Of a stretch of 64,000 bases of DNA, positions 40,899-51,200 are shown in pieces. The notes beneath the pieces are model-generated. The model did no database searches and had not been told where the DNA came from. It saw only the letters and a list, made by a program, of their open reading frames with translations. The stretch is taken from positions 64,001 through 128,000 of the forward strand of contig CANQQV010000001.1 of NCBI GenBank assembly GCA_947626095.1, given 5' to 3'. Each line of letters opens with the position of its first letter. The stretch's first letter is position 1. This DNA comes from an uncultured Bacilli bacterium. GTDB lineage: Bacteria; Bacillota_I; Bacilli_A; RF39; UBA660. Both the position numbers and the translations under genes were made by a program.

Positions 40899-40912
40899 TA
40901 ATTAAAAAAAAT

Positions 40913-40942
40913 AAAGGTTTGATTAAATAATCAAACCTTTTT
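40913..40942. terminator. Bidirectional terminator
   Basis: aaaggtttgatta-aa-taatcaaaccttt between convergent genes. Confidence 0.75.
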
Positions 40943-41351
40943 ATTTGTCCTTAGCTTTTGGTAAATCAAATTCGTCTTCTTTTTCTTCTTTTTTCTTTTT
41001 ATTTACCTTTTCATTTTTATCTTCTGCTTTTTCATTTTCTATAGTTTCAAATCTCTTATTAAATAACCACATAAATACTAATACAGAAAATAAAATACTT
41101 ATAATATTAAAAATCCAATAATATACTTGAGCAGCCGTATTATTTAAGCCACCAGCGAATAACTGAATAGTATCAGAAAGAAAATCTCTTAAAACACCAA
41201 TTGGGACATAAACAAAAGCTGCTAAAACAAATAAACATAAAATAATAACCGTATTTACAAATAATTCTTTATATCCAACTTTCATTAAATAATCAACATA
41301 CTTTTTTAAAGTTGGAAAGAAATTTTTTATAACCAACATTACTTTTTTCAT
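40941..41351 (-). CDS. Small membrane protein
   Basis: Two TM helices and a charged tail. Confidence 0.65.
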   Translation of the reverse strand: MKKVMLVIKNFFPTLKKYVDYLMKVGYKELFVNTVIILCLFVLAAFVYVPIGVLRDFLSDTIQLFAGGLNNTAAQVYYWIFNIISILFSVLVFMWLFNKRFETIENEKAEDKNEKVNKKKKEEKEDEFDLPKAKDK

Positions 41352-41364
41352 TTATATCACCTCT

Positions 41365-44300
41365 CTAATTATTATTTTTATTTAATGGCTTACCAATACT
41401 TCCGACTGACTTAACTACAATATTCTTTTTTACTGGAGTACTAGCTTGACTAGAAGTAGCATTATTATTAGTTACACTACTAGTATTAGTAACAACTTCT
41501 TTTGGTTTACTAGCTCCAACTGAAGATACTTTTTTAACTACTTTAACATTCTTTTGCGTAGTCACTGATGGTTTATTAGTATTATTAGTATTATTATTAG
41601 AATCTACAATTGGTTTAAAGTCTGCAGTCGATATTTCTTGTTTTTCATTATTAACTAAACTAACATCACTTGGTTGATTTGTAAATGTCACAAAACCATT
41701 ATCTTTTTTCTCTTCTTTAGCTTTTTCTTCTGCAGCTTTAGTTTCAACAACAACCTCATGATCTTCTACTTTTTTATCTTCTTGACTTGAAATAGTTGAT
41801 TCTTGTACTACTTCTTTTTCTTCGACAACAGGTTCACTAGTTTCTATTTTGTTTTCCACTGTTGGTACTTCCTCAGCTACAGCTACTTCATCTGCTTTAG
41901 CTTCATCTATTACAGGTTCAGATGACTGAACACTAGGAGTATCTGTGTCATTCTTACTCTTAATATCAACTGCTGATATCATTGTTGATTCGTTATTAGC
42001 AGTTTCTAATACTGCCTCTTTATTTTCTACTGACTCTGTAACTGATTCACTAGTTTCTACTTTATTTTCTACTGTTGGTACTTCCTCAGCTACTGTTGCT
42101 TCAACTTCTTTAGCTTCATCTATCACAGGTTCAGATGACTGAACACTAGGAGTATCTGTATCATTTTTACTCTTAATATCAACCGCTGATACCATTGTTG
42201 ATTTGTTATTAGCAGTTTCTAATACTGCCTCTTTATTTTCTTCTTGTTCCATAACTGATTCATTTGCTGAAACATTAGTTGTCTCCTCTATCTTAGATTC
42301 TGTGCCTGTTTCTTCAGATACAACTGGACCATCAGAAGAATTTTCAGTTACTGTTTCATTTTGATTTTGTTCTCCTTCCGGTTCTTTAACTTCTTCTTTA
42401 TTCTCAACACTAGCTTGTTCTTCTTTTACTACTGCAGCCGTATTTACTTCTATTTGTTGTTCTGCAGGTGTTTGTTCTATTGCTTGCTCTGGTGCAACTG
42501 CTGTTTCATTGTTTTGAGAAGAAACAGTTTCAACAGCTGGTTGATTAGAAACTACTTGCTGTTCTTCAGGATTAGCAATTACATTACTAACATTTTCTAA
42601 AGCAGCATTACTTATGGTCACCATCGAATTTTCAACAAATGGCGTAGTATTTACAGCATTATTATCATTGACAACTGGCACTTCCTCTACATTTGATAAA
42701 TTACTAACTAAAGAGAATTTATTAAAAATAGTTGAATACTTTAATTTAATATCATCAACATAACTAATATTTTCCATTAATTGAGGTTCCGTATAATATC
42801 TTGCAACCTCTACCTTATTTTCATCGGTATAAATAGATACATCAGCAGTTTCAATTAACAATTCAAAATTAGTTACATCCTTAATTTCCATTAAAGGAGA
42901 AGCACCTTTACTATATAAATCACCTAAATCAAAATAATAAGGTGAATATAAAACAGGTAAATTTTCCTTTAATAAACATATTCCAATCGTCCAATTAAGT
43001 TCCCTTGCATCATTTAACATTGTATTTAAATCATGCGTTAATAATATATACTTTCTTCTAGCAAAAGTATCAGCCTTTTGTACCAAAGAATACATATTAA
43101 AGTCACTTTTAATCGTCATTTTATTATTAATATTCTTTAAAGTAACTAATTTTTTAATCATTCCCGTAATAAAAGTTTCAAATGATGTGAAATCAACATT
43201 AGCAAACAATGAATTTTTTATGTTCTCATTTACTGGATCATTAATTCTTTTCTTAACACTCTCATAACATTCAGATTTAAGTTTAGATATTCCTTTAACT
43301 GAATTAAGAGCTTTTAAAATTTCTTTTAATGGTTTTTCTTCATATTTATCAATTTCCAATATAGCATCAAAAATTTTAGCATACTTACTATTATTGTATA
43401 AAATCAATATACTCTGTTCTTCGCTACTTAACTTTTCTTTATATTGAATTGCTAAATCCGCCGCTACTTCATTTAACGGCAATTTAGATTTATTAATTTC
43501 GCCATCTTGAATAGCTACTGAATATTTTAAAGCCAAATCATCATAGTTAGTATTTTGAATAGCTTCACGTAAATAATCAGACATATAATATGGATTTAAT
43601 TTATCAAATACCGCATATTTCTTTTCAACTAATGCCAATCTTTCTTCAACATAGTTTTTAGACATATATTTACTTTCTCTACGGCATTTATCATTTATCT
43701 TCTTAAATCTACTTACTAAATCTATTCCAAATATTGGTCTTAATTCTTCATTTAATTCCTGCATTAATTCTAACTTTTGATTAACTACTTTTAATTCATT
43801 ACGTGTATCATTTTCTTCTTTTTGGGCTTCATAATACTTAGTATTTAACTCTAACTTCATATTTAATTCCCAAACTTGTCTAATAAAATCTTTTATTTCG
43901 TTTAAAGATGGACGATCAGCTATATACATATTATATTGATTCTTAATAGCTATTTCCAAATCTTCATCAATACTACCTTTATCTAAAACATCAGGTAACA
44001 AATTTAATTCTCTTTCAACTTTATATTTATTATATTTATCTACTTCTTTTTGTAAATCAAAGTATTTACCGCGTAATTCATTTTTTAAAGAAATTAAATT
44101 TTGTAAATACTGTAATTGTCTAGCTTTTATCTCATCATAAACTAACAATAAATCTCCTGCTTCATATAAAATCTGTGATGCTTCATCCATTTGTCTTCTT
44201 TGACTTTCACGCAAATCAAAATTATCGATATCAAACATTTCGCCTTCCATCATAATCTTTTCATTACGTAGATAAAGAACTTTAGGCATAGAAGACTCAT

Positions 44301-44550
44301 AATTGTCTAAAATCATTCTTACATTATAATTTTTAGCATTACTTTTTAACCAACTTTGTTCTTTTAAAAAGTTTTCAAATTCTTCTAAATTATCAAACGT
44401 TTTAATACGTTCTAATAAACCATATTCTTCATCAATATATGTATAACAAATTCCTAAAGTATCACCTTTTTGATATATATAAGGGTGAATAGAAGTTGAA
44501 CTATACCCATATTGCTTCATTAATTCTATAGCCGTAGTAAAATCTAACAT
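41365..44550 (-). CDS. Large protein: coiled-coil region, degenerate VIP2-like ART domain and acidic disordered tail with a 71-aa duplication
   Basis: LSSEEQSILILYNNSKYAKIFDAIL...DFNMYS...YILLT...LLKENLPVLYSP...FELLI; E/V/T-rich C-terminus. Confidence 0.55.
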   Translation of the reverse strand: MLDFTTAIELMKQYGYSSTSIHPYIYQKGDTLGICYTYIDEEYGLLERIKTFDNLEEFENFLKEQSWLKSNAKNYNVRMILDNYESSMPKVLYLRNEKIMMEGEMFDIDNFDLRESQRRQMDEASQILYEAGDLLLVYDEIKARQLQYLQNLISLKNELRGKYFDLQKEVDKYNKYKVERELNLLPDVLDKGSIDEDLEIAIKNQYNMYIADRPSLNEIKDFIRQVWELNMKLELNTKYYEAQKEENDTRNELKVVNQKLELMQELNEELRPIFGIDLVSRFKKINDKCRRESKYMSKNYVEERLALVEKKYAVFDKLNPYYMSDYLREAIQNTNYDDLALKYSVAIQDGEINKSKLPLNEVAADLAIQYKEKLSSEEQSILILYNNSKYAKIFDAILEIDKYEEKPLKEILKALNSVKGISKLKSECYESVKKRINDPVNENIKNSLFANVDFTSFETFITGMIKKLVTLKNINNKMTIKSDFNMYSLVQKADTFARRKYILLTHDLNTMLNDARELNWTIGICLLKENLPVLYSPYYFDLGDLYSKGASPLMEIKDVTNFELLIETADVSIYTDENKVEVARYYTEPQLMENISYVDDIKLKYSTIFNKFSLVSNLSNVEEVPVVNDNNAVNTTPFVENSMVTISNAALENVSNVIANPEEQQVVSNQPAVETVSSQNNETAVAPEQAIEQTPAEQQIEVNTAAVVKEEQASVENKEEVKEPEGEQNQNETVTENSSDGPVVSEETGTESKIEETTNVSANESVMEQEENKEAVLETANNKSTMVSAVDIKSKNDTDTPSVQSSEPVIDEAKEVEATVAEEVPTVENKVETSESVTESVENKEAVLETANNESTMISAVDIKSKNDTDTPSVQSSEPVIDEAKADEVAVAEEVPTVENKIETSEPVVEEKEVVQESTISSQEDKKVEDHEVVVETKAAEEKAKEEKKDNGFVTFTNQPSDVSLVNNEKQEISTADFKPIVDSNNNTNNTNKPSVTTQKNVKVVKKVSSVGASKPKEVVTNTSSVTNNNATSSQASTPVKKNIVVKSVGSIGKPLNKNNN
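41833..42240 (-). repeat. Tandem 213-bp duplication (ENKEAVLETANN...EEVPTVENK.ETSE)
   Basis: Copies start at 42240 and 42027 on the minus strand and are near-identical. Confidence 0.9.
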
Positions 44551-44667
44551 CTAGCACCCTCCTTATTATTCAAAATAATTATAACACATAAAATATTATA
44601 AAAACACAACTTATTGCTAAATATCTTTACAATGTTGTATAATTAAAACTATGAAAGAGGTTATATA

Positions 44668-45351
44668 ATGGAAATCAAAGTCAAATCATACTCATCACAA
44701 TCTTCCTTAATCAGTTCTATTATTTACTTTATAATTGGAGCTATTTTGTTTTCAAAAGCTGATGAAGTTGTTAAATTCTTATCAATATCTGTTGGTGTAA
44801 TATTAGGAGTAGTCGCAGTAGTAAACTTAGTTATCTTTATTTTAACTAAAAGAGATGTCGAAAAGCCAACTAAAAAAAGTTCATTAATATTTTCAATTAT
44901 TTCTTTAGTATTTGCTCTAGTCTTCATCTTATGTTCTGAAGCTATCGAACAATTTATTAGATTTATTGTTGGCGCTTGGATCTTATTTACTGGAATTATA
45001 AGATTAATCGGTGCCTTATCTATCAGTCCCAAAAATAACAAATTTTTACCTTTATTAATAATCTCATTATTATTAATTGCAACAGGAATTTATTCAATAG
45101 TTGTTGGAAATGTAATTCTACCAACAGTTGGTATAATCATGATGGTCTATGCTGTTTTAGAAATAATTGGTTACATCTTCTATGCTAAAGATAAAGCTGA
45201 ACCAGAAGTTCCAGGTACTACTACATTAATAGTTCCTAATGAACCTGTTGAAGTAACAGAAGAAAAAACAGTAGAAGAAACAAAAGAAGTTAAAGAAGCT
45301 AAAACTAAAAAAGCTAAAGAAAAGAAAAAGAAAAACAAAAAGGATGAATAA
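44668..45351 (+). CDS. DUF308/HdeD-like membrane protein
   Basis: Six TM helices in repeated pairs; GAWILFTGIIRL motif. Confidence 0.8.
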   Translation: MEIKVKSYSSQSSLISSIIYFIIGAILFSKADEVVKFLSISVGVILGVVAVVNLVIFILTKRDVEKPTKKSSLIFSIISLVFALVFILCSEAIEQFIRFIVGAWILFTGIIRLIGALSISPKNNKFLPLLIISLLLIATGIYSIVVGNVILPTVGIIMMVYAVLEIIGYIFYAKDKAEPEVPGTTTLIVPNEPVEVTEEKTVEETKEVKEAKTKKAKEKKKKNKKDE

Positions 45352-45952
45352 TATTCGTCCTATTTTTTTGCCATTTATGCTCTTTCATTAATATTTCTTT
45401 ATCATATCCAGAACTATCGATAAAATTATTTATATCCTTTATTGCTCTTTCAATAACTCCAATATAAACATTTGAATCTAATACTACATCATCTTCATCT
45501 GTACATTGTTCTAACTCATCAATAACATTTCCCTTTGTCTTACACGTAAAAGATTTATCTTTATAACCAGCCAAAGCTGATGATGTCGTTCTTAATTTTA
45601 TTATATCTCCTGAATTACTATGTTTAATATTTAAAGTATAAGCTGATGATATAATCGCAAAATCAAATCCATCATTACGTCTAGTAAACATTGATGTACT
45701 ACTATCACCTTTTAAAGTACAAGTACCACCATCTTGATGAATCATCTCACAACTATAACCATTATCTTCCATATAATTCTTTAAATAAGCAAAATCAACA
45801 TTATCATCCACAAAACCCTTTTGATTACTAAGTATCACAAACACTATAATAACCGCAAAGACAGCTATTACAAAATAAGCTACTTTTTCAAAGAATTCAA
45901 TTCTTTGTGCTCGTCCATATATTCTCGTCCCTTTATTATTCATTATAGCCAT
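45314..45952 (-). CDS. Membrane-anchored hypothetical protein
   Basis: N-terminal TM and an ectodomain with Cys pairs; overlaps the 3' end of the convergent gene. Confidence 0.6.
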   Translation of the reverse strand: MAIMNNKGTRIYGRAQRIEFFEKVAYFVIAVFAVIIVFVILSNQKGFVDDNVDFAYLKNYMEDNGYSCEMIHQDGGTCTLKGDSSTSMFTRRNDGFDFAIISSAYTLNIKHSNSGDIIKLRTTSSALAGYKDKSFTCKTKGNVIDELEQCTDEDDVVLDSNVYIGVIERAIKDINNFIDSSGYDKEILMKEHKWQKNRTNIIHPFCFSFSFL

Positions 45953-46014
45953 CTCCTATTTTATTATTAATATCATATCATAAAATAAAAGAAAAAAGAA
46001 TGAGTACCTTCATT

Positions 46015-46692
46015 CTATATTTTAATATCTTCGTTAACAAATTCTTTATCATCCATCAATAATTCATGGATTTCTTCTTCTGTTGTATTTAAGAACACTT
46101 CTTCTATACGATCTACACGACATTTTTCGGCTTTTATAATTGCTTCTACTTTATCTATCGCTTCATCCAACTTATCATTTACTACGACATAATTATACTT
46201 CGTAACTTCATTAATTTCCTTATAAGCAGTATGAAATCTTTCCAGTATTTTTTCTTTAGAATCAGTACCACGCTTCTTAAGTCTTTTAACCATCTCTTGT
46301 AATGATGGTGGCATAATAAAGATAAACAATGCTTCTGGAACTAATTTTTTTATATTACTAGCTCCTTCTATTTCTATTTCTAATATTACATCAATTCCTT
46401 TATTTAATTTTTCACTAATAAATTCCTTAGGTGTTCCATAATAATTACCAACATAATTAGTATATTCTAAAAAATAACCCTCTTTTATCTTTTCTTCAAA
46501 TTCTTCTTTACTTACAAAATTATAAGTAACTCCTGGTATATCATTACTTCTAATTGGCCTTGTAGTCGTTGAAACTGATAACCATCTATTCTTATTATCA
46601 TTTTTAAGTAATCCTTCTATAACACTGCCTTTACCACTACCACTAGGTGCCGAAATAACAATCAAAGTTCCTCTACTCTTCTGCTTAATCAT
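46015..46692 (-). CDS. gmk: Guanylate kinase
   Basis: SAPSGSGKG P-loop, SVSTTTR, YYGT, FIMPPS motifs. Confidence 0.96.
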   Translation of the reverse strand: MIKQKSRGTLIVISAPSGSGKGSVIEGLLKNDNKNRWLSVSTTTRPIRSNDIPGVTYNFVSKEEFEEKIKEGYFLEYTNYVGNYYGTPKEFISEKLNKGIDVILEIEIEGASNIKKLVPEALFIFIMPPSLQEMVKRLKKRGTDSKEKILERFHTAYKEINEVTKYNYVVVNDKLDEAIDKVEAIIKAEKCRVDRIEEVFLNTTEEEIHELLMDDKEFVNEDIKI

Positions 46693-46768
46693 AAGTTCCC
46701 CTCCTTAAATTTATTATATTATAATAATTATTTATTTTACTATACATATTAATTATCATCGCTATAAT

Positions 46769-47245
46769 TTATCTAATAATATCAGCTACAATAATTTTAA
46801 ACTTGTTAATAAAATCATCTTTATTAACTTTAACTGAGACTCCTATTTTACCTCCACTAAAATAAATCTCATTATATATATTACAAGTATCATTAATAAC
46901 TGTTTTAAATTGCTTTTTCATTCCTACAGGTGAACAACCGCCATGCACATATCCTGTTAAAGGAAGTAATTCTTTTAACGGTAGCATTTCTAAATCTTTT
47001 TCCCCAACTACCTTAGCCCCTTTTTTTAAATCCAACGATTCATTCACCGGCACCATAAAAACATAATATTCTCCACTTTTACCAACAGTAACTAACGTTT
47101 TAAAAAAACAATTTTCATTAACCTTAAGTAAATGCGCAACACTTTCTCCATCTAAAGCTTCTTTAATATCAAGAGTATAAACTGAATATAAAACACCATT
47201 ACTCTCTAAAATACGCATTGCATTAGTTTTTATTTCTTTTGCCAT
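46769..47245 (-). CDS. ybaK: Cys-tRNA(Pro) deacylase
   Basis: KTNAMRIL, FKTLV, LDLKK, TGYVHGGCSPVG, SGGKIG motifs. Confidence 0.93.
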   Translation of the reverse strand: MAKEIKTNAMRILESNGVLYSVYTLDIKEALDGESVAHLLKVNENCFFKTLVTVGKSGEYYVFMVPVNESLDLKKGAKVVGEKDLEMLPLKELLPLTGYVHGGCSPVGMKKQFKTVINDTCNIYNEIYFSGGKIGVSVKVNKDDFINKFKIIVADIIR

Positions 47246-47811
47246 TTCTTCTCCAATTCTAAGAAATCTCCATCTTGACTAAAAATTTTATAACCATGAG
47301 TTTTTCTAAATTCTTTTCTTTCTTCTGCTGCCATAACCTTTATCTCTAACGCTTTATCCATATGTAATATTCCATCTAAATGATCATATTCATGCGAAAA
47401 AACAGTAGCAGGGAATCCTTTAAAAGTTTTTTGATGCTTTCTGCCAAATAAATCAATATAACTTATTTTCACTTTATATGGTCTTAAAACCAGACCCATA
47501 TTATCTAAACAACTAGCACACGCTTCCCAATATTCCGTTAAACCCTCTTGGACTTTTATAACTGGATTAATAACTATTATTTCTTCATTCCAATTATCGT
47601 CATCTATCTTTTTTAAATCAGTATTTTTTATATACATAATTCTCTTATCTATCCCAAGTTGAATAGCAGCCATAGCAAATACTTCATTATTTAAACAGTA
47701 TTCTTTCAAAAGTTTAATATCTTCAACAATATCCTCTTTACTAATATCAACATTTCTACTAACTTTTCTAAGCCACTCCATATCATTTTCTATCGTTTTA
47801 ACTACAACCAT
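47230..47811 (-). CDS. def: Peptide deformylase (divergent)
   Basis: AAIQLG, INP, EACAS (EGCLS-like), HEYDHLDG metal motif. Confidence 0.88.
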   Translation of the reverse strand: MVVVKTIENDMEWLRKVSRNVDISKEDIVEDIKLLKEYCLNNEVFAMAAIQLGIDKRIMYIKNTDLKKIDDDNWNEEIIVINPVIKVQEGLTEYWEACASCLDNMGLVLRPYKVKISYIDLFGRKHQKTFKGFPATVFSHEYDHLDGILHMDKALEIKVMAAEERKEFRKTHGYKIFSQDGDFLELEKKWQKK

Positions 47812-47862
47812 ATAACACCTCTAAATTTTATCTATTATAACAAATAAAAAAAGATAGATAAA

Positions 47863-48495
47863 CTATCTTCCCAATTTATGAGTTAATTTCTTAGCTGACA
47901 TATCTATATTAAATTCACCATCATTATAAGACCAATAACCGTATACATCATAACCATTACTCATAGAAGTTTTAAAGCTAACTCCTGCTCCTTCCTCTAC
48001 TAAAGTAGGTGTTACTTTCTTCATTCCAACTAAGTTACCTTCATCATCATGAGTTAAAACATAACCTGTAGGTACTTCTAAATGAGTAACAACTGTACCA
48101 TCCTCTTTTACTCTATTAACTTCTGTTGGTTTAACATAACTAACAGCAACATTATCTTCTAAAATATATCCATCAGGAGCAACGTACATAATTCTTGGAT
48201 CATGATACTCTTCATCTTCAACACTTTGCTTATCATAATTAATTAAATCTTTATATTGATGTTTTAAACCAGTTTCCTCACCAAATAACTTAGTTTCTAT
48301 AATAGTAAAAGGACATACAGAATTAGTTGGATTATTCGCCTTACATTCATAAGATAAACCTAAAGCACTACCACCTAATATTAAACCAGCTAAAGTTAAA
48401 CCAATAATAGCTTTCTTAGCTCCTGTTTTTTCTTGGATCTCAGGTCCTAAATATTTTTCATCCACTATAGATTCTTTTTTATTAAACAATTTCAT
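47863..48495 (-). CDS. Membrane-anchored hypothetical protein
   Basis: TM segment; two P-x-G-Y-x-L motifs; own TTGCAT-17-TATAAT promoter upstream. Confidence 0.6.
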   Translation of the reverse strand: MKLFNKKESIVDEKYLGPEIQEKTGAKKAIIGLTLAGLILGGSALGLSYECKANNPTNSVCPFTIIETKLFGEETGLKHQYKDLINYDKQSVEDEEYHDPRIMYVAPDGYILEDNVAVSYVKPTEVNRVKEDGTVVTHLEVPTGYVLTHDDEGNLVGMKKVTPTLVEEGAGVSFKTSMSNGYDVYGYWSYNDGEFNIDMSAKKLTHKLGR

Positions 48496-48603
48496 ACAAA
48501 TCCCCCTTTAATCTTTGTATTACTCTCTTGAAGTATCTACATTATACAATTAAGTACTAATTTATGCAAATTTTCCTCCATATTTTAAAAAAAATAGTAT
48601 TGA

Positions 48604-50472
48604 CTATTTTTCTTTAATTAAGTTATCACATATCAAATTAGTTAATTCTGTTGGATTTTCAATAGGTAATCCTTCGATTAATCTTGCTTGATTATATAAT
48701 ATTTTTGTATATTGTTCTAATTTATCTTTATCTTTTTTAAATAAAGTTTCTAATTCTTTAGCAATTGGATGATTTTCATTAATTTCCAAGACTACTTCCG
48801 CTTTAACACTTTCACCAGTTGGCATTGAATTCATAATTTTTTCCATTTCTAAAGAAATATTACCTTCCGTACTTAAACATACTGGATGATTCTTAAGTTT
48901 ATTCGTATACTTAATATTTTTAACTTCTGGTAAAGCTTTCTTCATTGCTTCAAACATCTTTTCTGCATCTTTATTATGTTTATCTAGTTTTTCTTTTTCT
49001 TCAGGTTCATCTAATTCAGTATTTTCTGAAGCTACATTAGCAAACTTCTTACCTTCATATTCCATTAAAGCTTGAATTGTAAATTCATCCACATAATCAC
49101 ATAAATATAGTACTTCATAATCTTTATCTTTAAATCTTTCGACATTAGGAAGTAAATCTATTTTATCTATACTTTCACCAGAAGCATAATATATCTTATC
49201 TTGTTTATCTTTCATGTTAGCAACATATTCTTTTAAAGTGATACGTTTTTTCTCTTTTGAACTATAGAATAACAATAAATCTTGTAATGCTTCATTATTC
49301 ATTCCATAACTGCTATATATACCATATTTAAGTTGCATACCAAAGGCATCAAAGAACTTTTCATACTCTTCACGATTATCTTTAAGTAAATCTTCTAAAG
49401 TACTTTTAATTTTCTTTTCAATACTCTTAGCAATTAATTTAACCTGTCTATCTTGTTGTAACATCTCTCTTGATAAATTAAGTGATATATCTTCACTATC
49501 AACTAATCCTTTAACAAAACTAAAGTAATCAGGAAGTAAATCAGCACACTTATCCATTATTAAGACTCCATTAGAATATAATTGTAAGCCTTTTTCATAT
49601 TCCTTAGTATAGTAATCATATGGCGCATGAGAAGGTATAAACATTAAAGAATTATATGCAATTTGACCTTCTACACTACTATGAATAACTTTTAATGGCT
49701 TTTCAAAGTCATAGAACTTATCAGCATAAAAATTATTATATTCTTCTTCTGTTACTTCACTTTCATTACGTTTCCAAATAGGAATCATACTATTAATAGT
49801 TTCATCTTCTAATTTTTTCTCTTTACTATCTTCTTTTTCAACTTCTTTTAACATAATAATAGGATATTTAACATAATCAGAATATTTCTTAATAATTCCT
49901 TCTATTCTACGAGGCTCTAAGAACTCATCATAATTATCAGTATCAGTATTATCCTTTAAATATAGAGTAATTAATGTACCAGCTTCATCCTTTGTAGCTT
50001 TACTAACACTATATCCATCAGCTCCATCACTTACCCATTCATAAGCTTCATCACTGCCAAACGCTTTACTTAATACTCTTATTTCTTTAGCTACCATAAA
50101 AGCTGAATAGAAACCTACTCCAAATTGGCCGATAATATTTATATCCTTATTCTTTTCATTCATTTCTTTAAATAAAGAAGAACCACTCTTCGCAATAATA
50201 CCTAGATTCTCATCTAGTTCTTGCTCACTCATACCAATACCATTATCTAGTATAGTAATTGTTCTATTTTCTTTATCTAAATTAATTCTAATGCAAAAAT
50301 CATCTTTATCTAATTTAACCTTACGATCAGTTAAGGACTTATAATACAATTTATCAATTGCATCACTTGCATTAGATATTAATTCTCTTAAGAAAATATC
50401 TTTATTTGTATATACTGAATTAATCATTAAATCTAATATTTTTTTAGATTCAGTCTTAAATTGTTTTTTCAT
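48604..50472 (-). CDS. htpG: Molecular chaperone HtpG (Hsp90)
   Basis: NKDIFLRELISNASDA, DNGIGM, IGQFGVGFYSAF motifs. Start moved to ATG 50472 (MKKQF). Confidence 0.97.
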   Translation of the reverse strand: MKKQFKTESKKILDLMINSVYTNKDIFLRELISNASDAIDKLYYKSLTDRKVKLDKDDFCIRINLDKENRTITILDNGIGMSEQELDENLGIIAKSGSSLFKEMNEKNKDINIIGQFGVGFYSAFMVAKEIRVLSKAFGSDEAYEWVSDGADGYSVSKATKDEAGTLITLYLKDNTDTDNYDEFLEPRRIEGIIKKYSDYVKYPIIMLKEVEKEDSKEKKLEDETINSMIPIWKRNESEVTEEEYNNFYADKFYDFEKPLKVIHSSVEGQIAYNSLMFIPSHAPYDYYTKEYEKGLQLYSNGVLIMDKCADLLPDYFSFVKGLVDSEDISLNLSREMLQQDRQVKLIAKSIEKKIKSTLEDLLKDNREEYEKFFDAFGMQLKYGIYSSYGMNNEALQDLLLFYSSKEKKRITLKEYVANMKDKQDKIYYASGESIDKIDLLPNVERFKDKDYEVLYLCDYVDEFTIQALMEYEGKKFANVASENTELDEPEEKEKLDKHNKDAEKMFEAMKKALPEVKNIKYTNKLKNHPVCLSTEGNISLEMEKIMNSMPTGESVKAEVVLEINENHPIAKELETLFKKDKDKLEQYTKILYNQARLIEGLPIENPTELTNLICDNLIKEK

Positions 50473-50519
50473 CAATTTCATCTTCCTTTTTTGTACTAAT
50501 TGAATAATACCACTACCAA

Positions 50520-50546
50520 TTAGCACTGTCAATAGTTAAGTGCTAA
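50520..50546. promoter_or_regulatory. CIRCE element (HrcA operator) upstream of htpG
   Basis: TTAGCACTG-N9-AAGTGCTAA versus consensus TTAGCACTC-N9-GAGTGCTAA. Confidence 0.88.
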
Positions 50547-50645
50547 TATAACTATTATTAATATTAAACACCATTTATATAAATAAACAGTGTGTTGATT
50601 TTACCTGAAAACTATACTATAATAAAAGAGGTAGAAGGTGAAAAT

Positions 50646-51194
50646 ATGGATACAAGAATACTAAATACAAAGAAAAAAGTAACAAATACATTACTTGTTT
50701 TATTAGAAACTCAGCATATCGAAGACATAACTGTTTTAGAACTATGTGAAAAAGCTGATATCAACCGTACAACATTCTATAAATATTACAAAGATGTTGA
50801 TGATTTAGTATTAAAAATCGAAAATTCCTTAATTAACGATTTAAAACAAAGTATCACTGAAATTAAAAGAAATTATCTAATTTCCTTTACTGGTAATATC
50901 TTAGATACCATTTGTACTCGTAAAGAAACATATACTAGATTACTTGGTGAAAATGGTGATCATACCTTCTTACGAAGGATCTTACGTTTAGTATATAATG
51001 AAAGTATAGAAGAATGGCAAAAACTATTAAAAAAAGCTTCTCGTGAAGACCTAGATAAGATATATAGTTTTATCGTTGATGGTTCAGTAGGTATAATCCG
51101 TAATTGGATTAAAAATGGTTGCCAAGACGATCCAAAAAACATTGCCATCTTTATTAATAAAATATGTATGAGTGGCTTAAGTAGTTTCATTTAA
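50646..51194 (+). CDS. TetR/AcrR family transcriptional regulator
   Basis: DTRILNTKK...ITVLELCEKADINRTTFYKYY; start at ATG 50646 after GAAGGTGA. Confidence 0.9.
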   Translation: MDTRILNTKKKVTNTLLVLLETQHIEDITVLELCEKADINRTTFYKYYKDVDDLVLKIENSLINDLKQSITEIKRNYLISFTGNILDTICTRKETYTRLLGENGDHTFLRRILRLVYNESIEEWQKLLKKASREDLDKIYSFIVDGSVGIIRNWIKNGCQDDPKNIAIFINKICMSGLSSFI

Positions 51195-51200
51195 AAAGAG

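Noticed and set aside
46558-46560. Possible codon reassignment (AGG to Met, or TGA to Trp) as known in some reduced Bacilli/Mollicutes
   Set aside because: AGG encodes the conserved Arg of the Gmk TTR motif, TGA ends several ORFs at sensible positions (e.g. 2134), and conserved Trp residues use TGG.
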